The translations under genes were made by a program, and so were the position numbers. DNA of 64,000 nucleotides from Mycobacterium sp. (GTDB lineage Bacteria > Actinomycetota > Actinomycetes > Mycobacteriales > Mycobacteriaceae), in the NCBI GenBank assembly GCA_046330795.1, contig JAXLSA010000009.1; one strand, given 5' to 3'. Under the pieces are notes generated by a model. The model was not told where the DNA came from, ran no database searches, and saw nothing but the letters and a program-made list of their open reading frames with translations. Positions 31,972-40,580 of this stretch are shown here, one piece after another. The first letter of the stretch is position 1, and every line of letters begins with the position of its first letter.

Positions 31972-33702
31972 TCAGGCGGCGTCGCCGCCGCTGCTCGAGC
32001 TCTTGGACGCCGACGAGCCCGCGTCGTTGCTCCCGGAACTCCCCGTGCTGCCGGTGCTCGACTTCTCGCTCGCCGCACCGGCCTTGGCCGAGTCCTGGTC
32101 CGGAGTCGCCGTCGAGGACGCCGACTTGTCGCTGGATGCGCTGCTCTTGTCCGACGCACTGTCGTCCGAAGTGCTGTCGTCCGAAGCACTTTCGGCGGCC
32201 GCCTTCTTGGCCGCGGCGGTCCCGGTGGACTTGGTGGCGGGAGCCTCGTCGGCCGCGCTCGAATCCGAATCCGCCGTCGCCGTTGACTTCTCGTCTGCCG
32301 CCGTGGACTTCTCATCCGACGACTTGTCGGATGTCGCCTCGGGCTCCGCGGTCTGCGCCTCCGTCTCGGCGGCGTTGCTGCGGGCCACTGCGGCGGCGGT
32401 GGTCACCGTCGACGAGTCGTCGCCGTAGAGCGGGCCGGGATCGATGCCGATCGACTTGTAGAAGTTGTAGAACGTCGGCGCCAACGAGCTGGGGTTCCAG
32501 CCGGTGTTCACGTACTCGTCGGACAGCGGCGCTTCGTTGAAGTCCCAGAATTCGGAGCCTCGCCGGTAGAGCTCGATGTTCCGGTCGATGTTGTGCTGCG
32601 TCGGAACATTCGCCGTGCCGTTGTCGTAGGACTCCAGCCACTGCTCGAGCGTCGTATTGCCGGGCCAGGCGGTGCTGATCGCCCGCACGATCGCCGGGTA
32701 GGCGTCGTCCTGCGACATGCCCTCGCAGGAGTTGGGGCACATCGGGCTGCCCGGAGTGATCGGGTCGAACGCGATGACCATGCCCGCCGTGTAGGTCTGC
32801 ATCATCCGGCCGACCTGCTCGAGGGTCGGGATCTTGATCTGGTTCTCCGCCGGATCCGACATCAGGTGCGCGAAGTAGTTCTCGAACGGTGCCGTCGGCT
32901 CCAACGTGAACGTGGTGTTGGACCACGGCATGTAGCTCTTGCCGTCCTCGCCGTCGACGGTTCCGGTGATGCCCAGGCCGTCGTAGACCTTGCCGCTGGA
33001 GTTCTCGACATCGCCAAAGGTGTAGCCGTTCAACATGTCCAGCGGCGAGACCTTCCAGAAATTGCGGATCAGCGGCATGTCAACGGCGCCGGTGAGCATC
33101 AGGAAGTTCCAGAGGTTCTGGTCGAAGCCGCGGAAGCCGGTGATGGGGCTGACCGGGGTGTTGGGGAAGCAGCCGTCGGCGTCACACGCGGGGTCCACCG
33201 GCATCTCGGCCGCCAGGAACTTCGCGAACTGCTGGGCGAACCCGTTGCCGGTGTACATGTCGTCGTCGGCCCCGGACAGCGCGGGGAAGGGAACCGCGGA
33301 GGCGGCGACACCGAAGAACCGGGCGTAGTCGGCCGGATCGATCCCCCAGATGTTCGACGCACTGGTGACCAGCCAGGGTCCGCCGTAGACGAATCCGGTG
33401 GCGGTCATATTGTTGGCCTCGACCTCGCTGTTCGGGATGTTGATGAGGTCGATCAGCAGGTTGATCGGCACGTTCGTCAGTGACGTAGAAGACACAGCCG
33501 CGGTGAGTTGCACGTCGGCGTCGACGATCCCCGCGTGCGAATCCCGGTCCGCGAGTCCGGACGGAGCCACCTGGCTGCCGACCGCGGTGAGCGCCGTCGC
33601 CAGCGCGACACCGGCGGTGACCTGCGTCAGCAAACCCGAACGCGCCCCCGAAGCTTTGCGTCCTTTTTGATTGCGGCGGCGTGCATGGCGTGCAGCACTC
33701 AT
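31972..33702 (-). CDS. Hypothetical exported protein with Ser/Ala/Asp/Lys-rich tail
   Basis: 576-aa ORF with normal composition (not a GC shadow); basic N-terminus then hydrophobic stretch; CxxxxC and CxxxC pairs; low-complexity last ~130 aa. Confidence 0.8.
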   Translation of the reverse strand: MSAARHARRRNQKGRKASGARSGLLTQVTAGVALATALTAVGSQVAPSGLADRDSHAGIVDADVQLTAAVSSTSLTNVPINLLIDLINIPNSEVEANNMTATGFVYGGPWLVTSASNIWGIDPADYARFFGVAASAVPFPALSGADDDMYTGNGFAQQFAKFLAAEMPVDPACDADGCFPNTPVSPITGFRGFDQNLWNFLMLTGAVDMPLIRNFWKVSPLDMLNGYTFGDVENSSGKVYDGLGITGTVDGEDGKSYMPWSNTTFTLEPTAPFENYFAHLMSDPAENQIKIPTLEQVGRMMQTYTAGMVIAFDPITPGSPMCPNSCEGMSQDDAYPAIVRAISTAWPGNTTLEQWLESYDNGTANVPTQHNIDRNIELYRRGSEFWDFNEAPLSDEYVNTGWNPSSLAPTFYNFYKSIGIDPGPLYGDDSSTVTTAAAVARSNAAETEAQTAEPEATSDKSSDEKSTAADEKSTATADSDSSAADEAPATKSTGTAAAKKAAAESASDDSTSDDSASDKSSASSDKSASSTATPDQDSAKAGAASEKSSTGSTGSSGSNDAGSSASKSSSSGGDAA

Positions 33703-33999
33703 TTTCGGTGTCCTCTAACTCTCGTGACTATGGTTGCCCGACCCGTGATGCGATCGTAGTCTAGCTAACACCAAAATGCACCGCCAGCTCAAGCATTTCA
33801 GCAAATCTCCATTGTTTCTGCACGTCAGGCCCCGATATTGGTGGCGGCTCAGCAAATTTCTGACGCAATGGCAAATTATTTCCCGGCCATTTCGGCGATT
33901 GCTGAAATAGCCAATCCACTAACGGCACAACGAATATCGTTGCCGCGCAGGAGAACTACGGGCGAAAACCTCACCCACAGGCAATTTCAGCGGTGGATA

Positions 34000-35505
34000 C
34001 TATTGCGGCACACGGGCATTGGCGCGCCGCCCGATGGGAACCCGTAGCACCACGTCCGTCCCGCCGCCCTCGGCGGCGTGCATGCCCAGCGAACCATCGA
34101 GCTCGGCGGCGATCAGCGTGCGAACGATCTGCAAACCGAGCCGGTCGGATTTTTCCAGACTGAAACCGTCCGGCATCCCGCGGCCGTCGTCGTGGACGAT
34201 GACGTCCAGCCAGCGCGCCGAGCGCTCCGACCGGATCACCACCGAGCCCTGCCGGCCGACCGGGTCGAAGGCGTGCTCGATGGCGTTCTGCACGAGTTCG
34301 GTGATCACCATGATCAGTGCGGTCGCCCGGTCGGCGTCGAGCACCCCGAGCGCTCCCGTCCGGCTGATCTTGATCGGGGCATCGACGGAGGCCACGTCGT
34401 TCATGATGGGCAGGATCCGGTCGATTACCTCGTCGAGGTTGACCTCCTCGTCCACCGACATCGACAGCGCGTCGTGCACCAGCGCGATGGAGGACACCCG
34501 CCGGACCGATTCCATCAGCGCCTCGCGGCCCTCGGCGTTGTTGGTGCGCCGGGCCTGCAGGCGCAGCAGCGCCGCGACGGTCTGCAGGTTGTTCTTCACC
34601 CGGTGGTGGATCTCGCGGATGGTGGCGTCCTTGGACAGCAGCGCCCGGTCGCGCCGCTTGACCTCGGTGACATCGCGGATGAGCACCGCCGCGCCGTCCG
34701 CCCGGCCGTGCACCACCAGCGGCAGCGTGCGCAACAGCACCGCCGCGCCGCCGGCGTCCACCTCGAGGCGCATGCTCGACCCGCCGGACAGCGAGTCCCG
34801 GACGTGGCCGGCCAGCTCCTGGGCCTCGAACGGGTCCGAGATCAGCGGGCGGGTGATGGCGACGAGGTTGTGCCCCTCGAGCTCGGACGTCAGCCCCATC
34901 CGGTGATAGGCCGACAGCGCGTTCGGGCTGGCGAAGACGATGACGCCGTTCTCGTCGAGGCGGATGAAACCGTCGCCGACGCGGGGGCTGGACCGCGACA
35001 TCGCCAGGTCGCCGACGTTGGGGAACCGGCCCTCGGAGATCATGTGGGCCAGGTCGCCGGCGCAGTCCAGGTAGGCGCGTTCCAGCGGTGAGGATTCGCG
35101 GGTCGACGCCAGGGCCGTCTGATGGGTGAGCACCGCGACCACCGCGGCGTCGTAGCGCACCGGGACGGCCTCCACCTTCAGGTCGGCGCGCCGCAGCCCC
35201 AACCGGGTGTGCGGGTCCTCCTCGCGTTTGATCGCCCCGGACCGGAACGCCTCGGTCACCAGGGGTAGCTCCGAGGCGGCCGCGCAGGTGCCCACGGCGT
35301 CGGAGAGCAGGACCGTCGGCGCGGTGTTCGGGCGGCACTGCGCCACGCACACCAGAGCGCCGTCGTCGCGCTGGACCCACATCAAGTAGTCGGCGAAGGA
35401 CAGGTCGGCCAGCAGTTGCCACTCCCCGACCACCGCATGCAGGTGGTCGACGGCGTTGCCCGGCAGGATGGTGTGCTCGGCGAGCAGATCACCGAGCGTC
35501 GACAC
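34000..35505 (-). CDS. pdtaS: Cytosolic sensor histidine kinase PdtaS (Rv3220c)
   Basis: EWQLLADLSFAD GAF, PAS, EIHHRVKNNLQ H-box, DDGRG. Confidence 0.95.
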   Translation of the reverse strand: MSTLGDLLAEHTILPGNAVDHLHAVVGEWQLLADLSFADYLMWVQRDDGALVCVAQCRPNTAPTVLLSDAVGTCAAASELPLVTEAFRSGAIKREEDPHTRLGLRRADLKVEAVPVRYDAAVVAVLTHQTALASTRESSPLERAYLDCAGDLAHMISEGRFPNVGDLAMSRSSPRVGDGFIRLDENGVIVFASPNALSAYHRMGLTSELEGHNLVAITRPLISDPFEAQELAGHVRDSLSGGSSMRLEVDAGGAAVLLRTLPLVVHGRADGAAVLIRDVTEVKRRDRALLSKDATIREIHHRVKNNLQTVAALLRLQARRTNNAEGREALMESVRRVSSIALVHDALSMSVDEEVNLDEVIDRILPIMNDVASVDAPIKISRTGALGVLDADRATALIMVITELVQNAIEHAFDPVGRQGSVVIRSERSARWLDVIVHDDGRGMPDGFSLEKSDRLGLQIVRTLIAAELDGSLGMHAAEGGGTDVVLRVPIGRRANARVPQ

Positions 35506-35507
35506 GA

Positions 35508-35723
35508 CTAGCCGATCACGGCAATGAGGTCACCGGCCTGGATGACGTCGCCGACCGCGACGGCCACCTTCGTGACCGTGCCCGCGACCTCGGCGAGCAC
35601 CGGGATCTCCATCTTCATGGACTCGAGCAGAACCACGGTGTCGCCCTCGCTGATCGGGTCACCCTCACGGACGACCACCTCGAGCACACTGGCCACGATC
35701 TCGGCGCGCACATCCTCGGCCAT
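35508..35723 (-). CDS. Stand-alone biotin/lipoyl carrier protein (TB7.3, Rv3221c)
   Basis: LLESMKMEIPV biotinyl motif. Confidence 0.93.
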   Translation of the reverse strand: MAEDVRAEIVASVLEVVVREGDPISEGDTVVLLESMKMEIPVLAEVAGTVTKVAVAVGDVIQAGDLIAVIG

Positions 35724-35854
35724 TTCCACCTCTTTGTCTCTCCCCCAGCCCTCACCGGACTGCCGTCCTATCGAACCACAACCCGCTGATTACAGAGCAG
35801 CGGCGTGCGCATGAGACACTGGGGACAATCCGCAGCAAAATCTGGAGGTAGATC

Positions 35855-35941
35855 ATGGCCAAACGAGGCCGGAAGAAGCGCGACCGCAAGCACAGCAAGG
35901 CCAACCACGGCAAGCGTCCCAACGCCGGCGGCTGCAAGTAA
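35855..35941 (+). CDS. Actinobacterial ribosomal protein bL37 (28 aa, C-terminal GGCK extension)
   Basis: MAKRGRKKRDRKHSKANHGKRPNAGGCK*, GGAGG RBS; below the ORF-track size cutoff. Confidence 0.9.
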   Translation: MAKRGRKKRDRKHSKANHGKRPNAGGCK

Positions 35942-35963
35942 CACGCCCCACCGAATACGAACG

Positions 35964-35998
35964 ACCGCCCGGAGCTCACGTGAGCCCGGGCGGTTTTT
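35964..35998 (+). terminator. Intrinsic terminator after bL37
   Basis: ACCGCCCGG...CCGGGCGGT stem followed by a T tract. Confidence 0.8.
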
Positions 35999-36011
35999 CG
36001 TTGCCCTTTAC

Positions 36012-36072
36012 ATCTGCTCAGCGCTGCCGGCGAACTCCACTCGCACAACGTCGCGCTGACGGCTGAACAGAT
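36012..36072. repeat. 61-bp REP/MITE-like element, copy 2
   Basis: ATCTGCTCAG...CTGAACAGAT; internal CCACTCGCACAACG shared with copy 3. Confidence 0.78.
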
Positions 36073-36088
36073 CGGGGGGCGACGTACC

Positions 36089-36385
36089 TCACCCGCGGAT
36101 GATGGTGGTGCGGGTGATCTCGATGCGCAGCCGCTGGCGCAGGCCCTCGGGGGCCCGCTCGCCGCTGCACTTGGTGGCGATCAGCGCCTTGATGCGCTCC
36201 TCGACGCCGTAGTACCGCAGGCAGGTGGGGCACTCGTCGAGGTGCTGGCGCAGTTTGGCGCGGGTGTCGTCGGTGCATTCCCCGTCGAGCAGGGTCCATA
36301 CCTCGGCGATCACCGATGCACACTCGGGGTGCTCGGGGTCGACGGGGCCTACCGGCGGGTTCCAGCGCTCGTCGTCGGAGCTCAC
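36089..36385 (-). CDS. rshA: Anti-sigma factor RshA
   Basis: C...LLDGEC...HLDECPTC (ZAS HxxxCxxC). Confidence 0.95.
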   Translation of the reverse strand: MSSDDERWNPPVGPVDPEHPECASVIAEVWTLLDGECTDDTRAKLRQHLDECPTCLRYYGVEERIKALIATKCSGERAPEGLRQRLRIEITRTTIIRG

Positions 36386-37116
36386 GACGACACCTCCTCA
36401 CCACGGATGAAGCCCCGGTCCCGGGCCACGTCGGCCAGCAGTTCGCGCAGCTGTTTGCGGCCGCGGTGCAGGCGGGACATGACCGTCCCGATCGGGGTAT
36501 CCATGATCTCGGCGATCTCCTTGTAGGGGAACCCCTCGACGTCGGCGTAGTACACCGCCATCCGGAACTCCTCGGGCAGCTGCTGCAGCGCGTCCTTGAT
36601 CTCGGTGTCCGGCAGCGCCTCGAGCGCCTCGACCTCGGCCGAGCGCAGACCCGTCGAGGTGTGCTCGGCGTTGGAGGCCAGCTGCCAGTCGGTGATCTCC
36701 TCGGTGGGGTATTCGGCGGGCTGCCGCTGCTTCTTGCGGTAGCTGTTGATGTAGGTGTTGGTCAGGATGCGGTACAGCCAGGCCTTGAGGTTGGTGCCCT
36801 CGCGGAACGAGCGGAACCCGGCGTAGGCCTTGACCATGGTTTCCTGCAGCAGGTCCTCGGCATCGGCGGGGTTGCGGGTCATGCGCAGCGCGCCGCCGTA
36901 GAGCTGGTCGAGCAGCGGGATCGCGTCGCGTTCGAACCGCGCGGTCAGTTCCTCGTCGGTCTCGTCGGAACGGACCGGCGCGGACGAGCCGCCAGCGGAC
37001 GACCCCGTCGGGTGACCATCAGTCTGACCAGCGCTAATCGTCGCAACTCCTTCAGAGTCGGTGAAACCGAACAGCTCCGGCGAGAGCACCGGACGCTCCA
37101 GCAACACCGTTGACAC
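36382..37116 (-). CDS. sigH: ECF sigma factor SigH
   Basis: [38 protein letters not shown]..., [11 protein letters not shown]; GTG start preceded by AGGAGA. Confidence 0.96.
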   Translation of the reverse strand: MSTVLLERPVLSPELFGFTDSEGVATISAGQTDGHPTGSSAGGSSAPVRSDETDEELTARFERDAIPLLDQLYGGALRMTRNPADAEDLLQETMVKAYAGFRSFREGTNLKAWLYRILTNTYINSYRKKQRQPAEYPTEEITDWQLASNAEHTSTGLRSAEVEALEALPDTEIKDALQQLPEEFRMAVYYADVEGFPYKEIAEIMDTPIGTVMSRLHRGRKQLRELLADVARDRGFIRGEEVSS

Positions 37117-37150
37117 CAGATTTCTCCTCTCGATCCTAGGCTGACGTGTC

Positions 37151-37179
37151 CAACAGTTTTGGCCGGCCGTGCCATTCCC
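37151..37179 (-). promoter_or_regulatory. SigH-dependent (autoregulatory) promoter
   Basis: Minus strand GGGAAT-N19-GTTG, matching the GGAA(C/T)...GTT consensus. Confidence 0.75.
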
Positions 37180-37200
37180 GGGTCCTTGTAGGGTGACGCG

Positions 37201-37692
37201 GTGGCACGCGCGGCAACCCCGGCAATCGCGGCACTGGTGGCCGCCGGCGTCGAGCACGAGGTGCTGGCCTACCGCCACGACCCCCGCAGCGACGCCTACG
37301 GCGACGAGGCCGTCGACGAGATGTCCACGCTCGCCGGCGTCGAGCCCGGGCAGATCTTCAAGACGCTGGTGCTCGCGGTGGGACCGGGCCGGCTGGCCGT
37401 CGCGGTGCTGCCGGTGCCCGAGCGGTTGTCGCTGAAGGCCGCCGCGGCCGCGCTGGGGGCGCCCAAGGCGGTGCTGGCCGATGCCGCGGCCGCTCAGCGG
37501 GCGACCGGCTATGTGCTGGGCGGCATCTCGCCGCTGGGGCAGCGCAAGGCCCTGCCGACCGTGGTGGACGCCTCCGCGTCGGACTGGGACCGGATGTGGT
37601 GCAGTGCGGGCAAGCGCGGCCTCGAGATCGGGCTGGCGCCGGCGGACCTGATCGCCCTGTGCGGCGCCGTCACCGCCGACATCTGCGCGTAA
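37201..37692 (+). CDS. ybaK: YbaK/EbsC Cys-tRNA(Pro) deacylase
   Basis: [28 protein letters not shown]; TAGGGT 6 nt before the GTG suggests a leaderless mRNA. Confidence 0.93.
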   Translation: MARAATPAIAALVAAGVEHEVLAYRHDPRSDAYGDEAVDEMSTLAGVEPGQIFKTLVLAVGPGRLAVAVLPVPERLSLKAAAAALGAPKAVLADAAAAQRATGYVLGGISPLGQRKALPTVVDASASDWDRMWCSAGKRGLEIGLAPADLIALCGAVTADICA

Positions 37693-37695
37693 TCG

Positions 37696-38070
37696 TCAGG
37701 GGAAGAACACTTTCGCCCCGGCGTACATAACCGCCGCGCCCACGATCAGGAACGCCGTCACGCAGGTCAGGTAGCCGACCACCATCCGGCCGAAACCCAG
37801 GGCACCGCCGAGGGGCGGGCCACCGCGCAGCAGGGTGGTCAGGGGCGCGCACGCGGCCAGGAATCCGGTCCCGATGAGCAGCGGCAGGCGGCCGAACACG
37901 TCGCTGATGTCGATGGTTGCGTACGCCGCGCCCAGCAGGAAGGCGACGACGCACACGATGCCCACCAGCGGCCAGCCGCCGGTGGGCCAGCGCCGGCTCA
38001 GCCGCGCGTGCACCACGGCGCCCGACGCCGCAGCCGCCGCGGTCACCAGAACCTGCAGGACGGGCGTCAT
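37696..38070 (-). CDS. Hypothetical small membrane protein (about 4 TM)
   Basis: Hydrophobic 124 aa; ATG overlaps the upstream TGA. Confidence 0.65.
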   Translation of the reverse strand: MTPVLQVLVTAAAAASGAVVHARLSRRWPTGGWPLVGIVCVVAFLLGAAYATIDISDVFGRLPLLIGTGFLAACAPLTTLLRGGPPLGGALGFGRMVVGYLTCVTAFLIVGAAVMYAGAKVFFP

Positions 38071-38420
38071 GCCGGCCTGTCCCGTGCCGCGGCCCGCCCG
38101 CCGGCGTAGCCCAACGTGACGACCACGGGATAGAGCAACACGAAGGACAGCGACCACAGCGGGCGTTGCATCATGCCGAAGCCCACCACCAGCACGGGGG
38201 CGCAGGCGGTCCCGGCGGCGGTCCAGATCACTTGTGCCACCGGTCGATTCCGCATCCGGGTGGTCAGGTACCCGATAGCGGCGGCCGAGGCCAGCGCCAC
38301 GATCAGCACCGCGGTGACGCGGACCGCGGGCGATCGGGTGGTCAGCACCGCCAGCTGCCAGACGCCGGCGCCGACGGCGGCACCGGCCGCGGCCGCGGCG
38401 GTCTCGCGATTCAGCGTCAC
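38067..38420 (-). CDS. Hypothetical small membrane protein (about 4 TM)
   Basis: Hydrophobic 117 aa; GTG overlaps the ydcF TGA. Confidence 0.65.
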   Translation of the reverse strand: MTLNRETAAAAAGAAVGAGVWQLAVLTTRSPAVRVTAVLIVALASAAAIGYLTTRMRNRPVAQVIWTAAGTACAPVLVVGFGMMQRPLWSLSFVLLYPVVVTLGYAGGRAAARDRPA

Positions 38421-39007
38421 CGGCCGCACTCCCCCTGGATCAGCGCCTTGAGTGTGCCGCCCACCTGGTAGGCGAAGATGTAGCTGAACTGCGCCACGGT
38501 CTGCGGGTAGCGCCGCGGGACCGCCACGAACGCGAACGACGCGCCGCTGCCGGCGGCGCACTGGTCGAAGATGAACCGGGCGCGGATCAGGTGGTAGCGC
38601 CAGCTGATGACCACGATGCGACGCCAATGATGTTCGCCGGCAAGGCGATCGGTGAACATCGCCTCGCCGCGGGTGGTCGACGGTTCGGGCTTCTCGCAGA
38701 TGACCCGGACGTCGCCCTGGGTGGTGTCGCACAACCGCTTCATCACCTTGTCCTTGGGCCCGTACGGGTTGGACAGCACGACGGTGGAGGCGTGCAGCTT
38801 GGTGGCCAGCTTCACCCCGAAATCCTCGCGGCCGTCATGTTCCCCGCCGAGCACGACGACGGCGTCGGCCTTCTTGACGGGGTCGTTGGGGGTGCGCATC
38901 AGCACGAAGGTGCCGTAGGCGCCGACGGCGGCGACCAGGACCACCACGGTGACCACCACGGCGGCGATGACGCGCGAGCGCGGAAGCGTTCGATGTCGCC
39001 GAGCCAT
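38417..39007 (-). CDS. YdcF/DUF218 family protein with N-terminal TM
   Basis: DAVVVLGG, STTRGEA, VISWRYHLIRA. Confidence 0.85.
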   Translation of the reverse strand: MARRHRTLPRSRVIAAVVVTVVVLVAAVGAYGTFVLMRTPNDPVKKADAVVVLGGEHDGREDFGVKLATKLHASTVVLSNPYGPKDKVMKRLCDTTQGDVRVICEKPEPSTTRGEAMFTDRLAGEHHWRRIVVISWRYHLIRARFIFDQCAAGSGASFAFVAVPRRYPQTVAQFSYIFAYQVGGTLKALIQGECGR

Positions 39008-39047
39008 GATGGCCTGATCCTATGGCCTAACCGCAGGGGCTGCCCCA

Positions 39048-40580
39048 CTACTGGGCCTGATACAGCAGGCCACGCCCGATCGCCTCACGCACCACCGGCA
39101 GGGCCGCCTCGGCCAGGGCACCGGCGTCCACGCCGTGATGGGTGGCCAGCAGGTCGATCAGGGTGCCCAGTGGCACCTCACCGCGGCAGCCGGCCAGCAG
39201 CGCGCGGGACACCTCGTCGACGCCCAGCACCGCGGCGGGTCCGCCCGGGCGGCGCACCACGGCCGAAATCTGTTGCCACCCTTGCTCACCCGGCAACGAT
39301 CTCTCCTCCAGGAAGACCGGCGCCGTCGACAGCCGGGCGGCCAGCAGCTGCCCATCGGTGGTCTCGCGCAGGTACTCCCGGCCGGCGAAGAACGCCGCCA
39401 CCTCGGGTCCGGTCAGCGCCTCCCCGACGCCGGTGATCTCCTCGAAGAACTGCTCGGGGGAACCGGGCGCCGCCCGCAGCGTGATCATGCCCATGCCGAT
39501 GCCGGTGATGCCCTCGGCGGCGAACCAGTCCAGCCAGTCACCGCCGCGGCGGGCGGTCTCTTCGGGTGTTTCGCCGGCGTCGGCGGTCCACAGCGAGACG
39601 TAGCTGATCGGATCGGCCAGTTCGCGTTGCACCACCCAGGCGTGCAGGCCCGAGCCGGCGAGCCAGCCGGCAACCCGGTCGCGCCAGTCGGCACCGTCGC
39701 GCACGATCCAGTTGGCCATGATCTGGGCGGTACCACCGGGCGCCAGGTGATCGGGAACCTGCTCGATCATATTGCGGCACAACGTATCTCCGGCCATCCC
39801 GGAGTCCCGGTATTCGTAGTCGCGGGTGCCGGCGCCGACCACGAATGGCGGGTTGGACACGATCAGGTCGAAGCGCTCCCCCGCCACCGGCTCGAACAGG
39901 CTGCCGCGGCGCAGATCCCACGACATGCCGTTGAGCCGGGCGGTGGCCGCGGCGAGCGCCAGGGCGCGCTGGTTGGTGTCGGTGGCCACGATCTGCGCGC
40001 AGTGCGCGTCCAGGTGCAGGGCCTGGATGCCGCAGCCGGTGCCCAGATCCAGCGCCCGTCCCACCGGGGCCCGCACCACCGCCCGGGCCAGGGACACCGA
40101 GGCGCCGCCGATGCCGAGCACATGATCGGGCCGCACCGGTCCGGGCCGCGTCGCGGAATCCAGGTCGGAGACCACCAGGAAGTCGGCGGCGCCGTCGTTG
40201 TGCGGGCGGATATCCAGCGCGGCCCGGACCTCGCCGGGTTCGGCGAGCGGCGCAGTTCCGCGAGCGCGAGGCCCGGCGCCAACAGGCACGCCGGGTTCCA
40301 GAACTCCGTTGGCGACCAGCGCGTCGTAGGACACCGACGGCAGGGCGCGGGCGACGTCGTCGCGGGTCTCGGTGCCGCCGAGCAGGAACAGCCGGACCAG
40401 CACACCCAGCCGGCCGCCGGCCCGGCTGGCACGTTCGGCCGGCCACCACACCCCGCGGCCCAGGGCCGCCTCGGCATGCTCGCCCAGCAGGTCGGCCACC
40501 CCGGCAGTGGTGAAATTGGCCGAGCGCAGATCGCGGGCCAGCCCGTCGAGCACAGCAGGGTCGGCGAGCGTCGTCGTCAA
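39048..40580 (-). CDS. Class I SAM-dependent methyltransferase (NPPF type) carrying an in-frame insert
   Basis: LDLGTGCGIQAL, DLIVSNPPF; TTG start overlaps the SRAP stop. Confidence 0.88.
   Translation of the reverse strand: MTTTLADPAVLDGLARDLRSANFTTAGVADLLGEHAEAALGRGVWWPAERASRAGGRLGVLVRLFLLGGTETRDDVARALPSVSYDALVANGVLEPGVPVGAGPRARGTAPLAEPGEVRAALDIRPHNDGAADFLVVSDLDSATRPGPVRPDHVLGIGGASVSLARAVVRAPVGRALDLGTGCGIQALHLDAHCAQIVATDTNQRALALAAATARLNGMSWDLRRGSLFEPVAGERFDLIVSNPPFVVGAGTRDYEYRDSGMAGDTLCRNMIEQVPDHLAPGGTAQIMANWIVRDGADWRDRVAGWLAGSGLHAWVVQRELADPISYVSLWTADAGETPEETARRGGDWLDWFAAEGITGIGMGMITLRAAPGSPEQFFEEITGVGEALTGPEVAAFFAGREYLRETTDGQLLAARLSTAPVFLEERSLPGEQGWQQISAVVRRPGGPAAVLGVDEVSRALLAGCRGEVPLGTLIDLLATHHGVDAGALAEAALPVVREAIGRGLLYQAQ
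40233..40283. repeat. Intragenic palindromic element, copy B (inside the methyltransferase gene)
   Basis: 46/51 identical to copy A; its terminal GCCGGGTTC (40233-40241) recurs as a direct repeat at 40290-40298. Confidence 0.85.

Noticed and set aside
39048-40580. Methyltransferase as part of a restriction-modification or defence system
   Set aside because: No nuclease, specificity subunit or other defence gene nearby; architecture fits the small-molecule/protein/RNA MTase class better.
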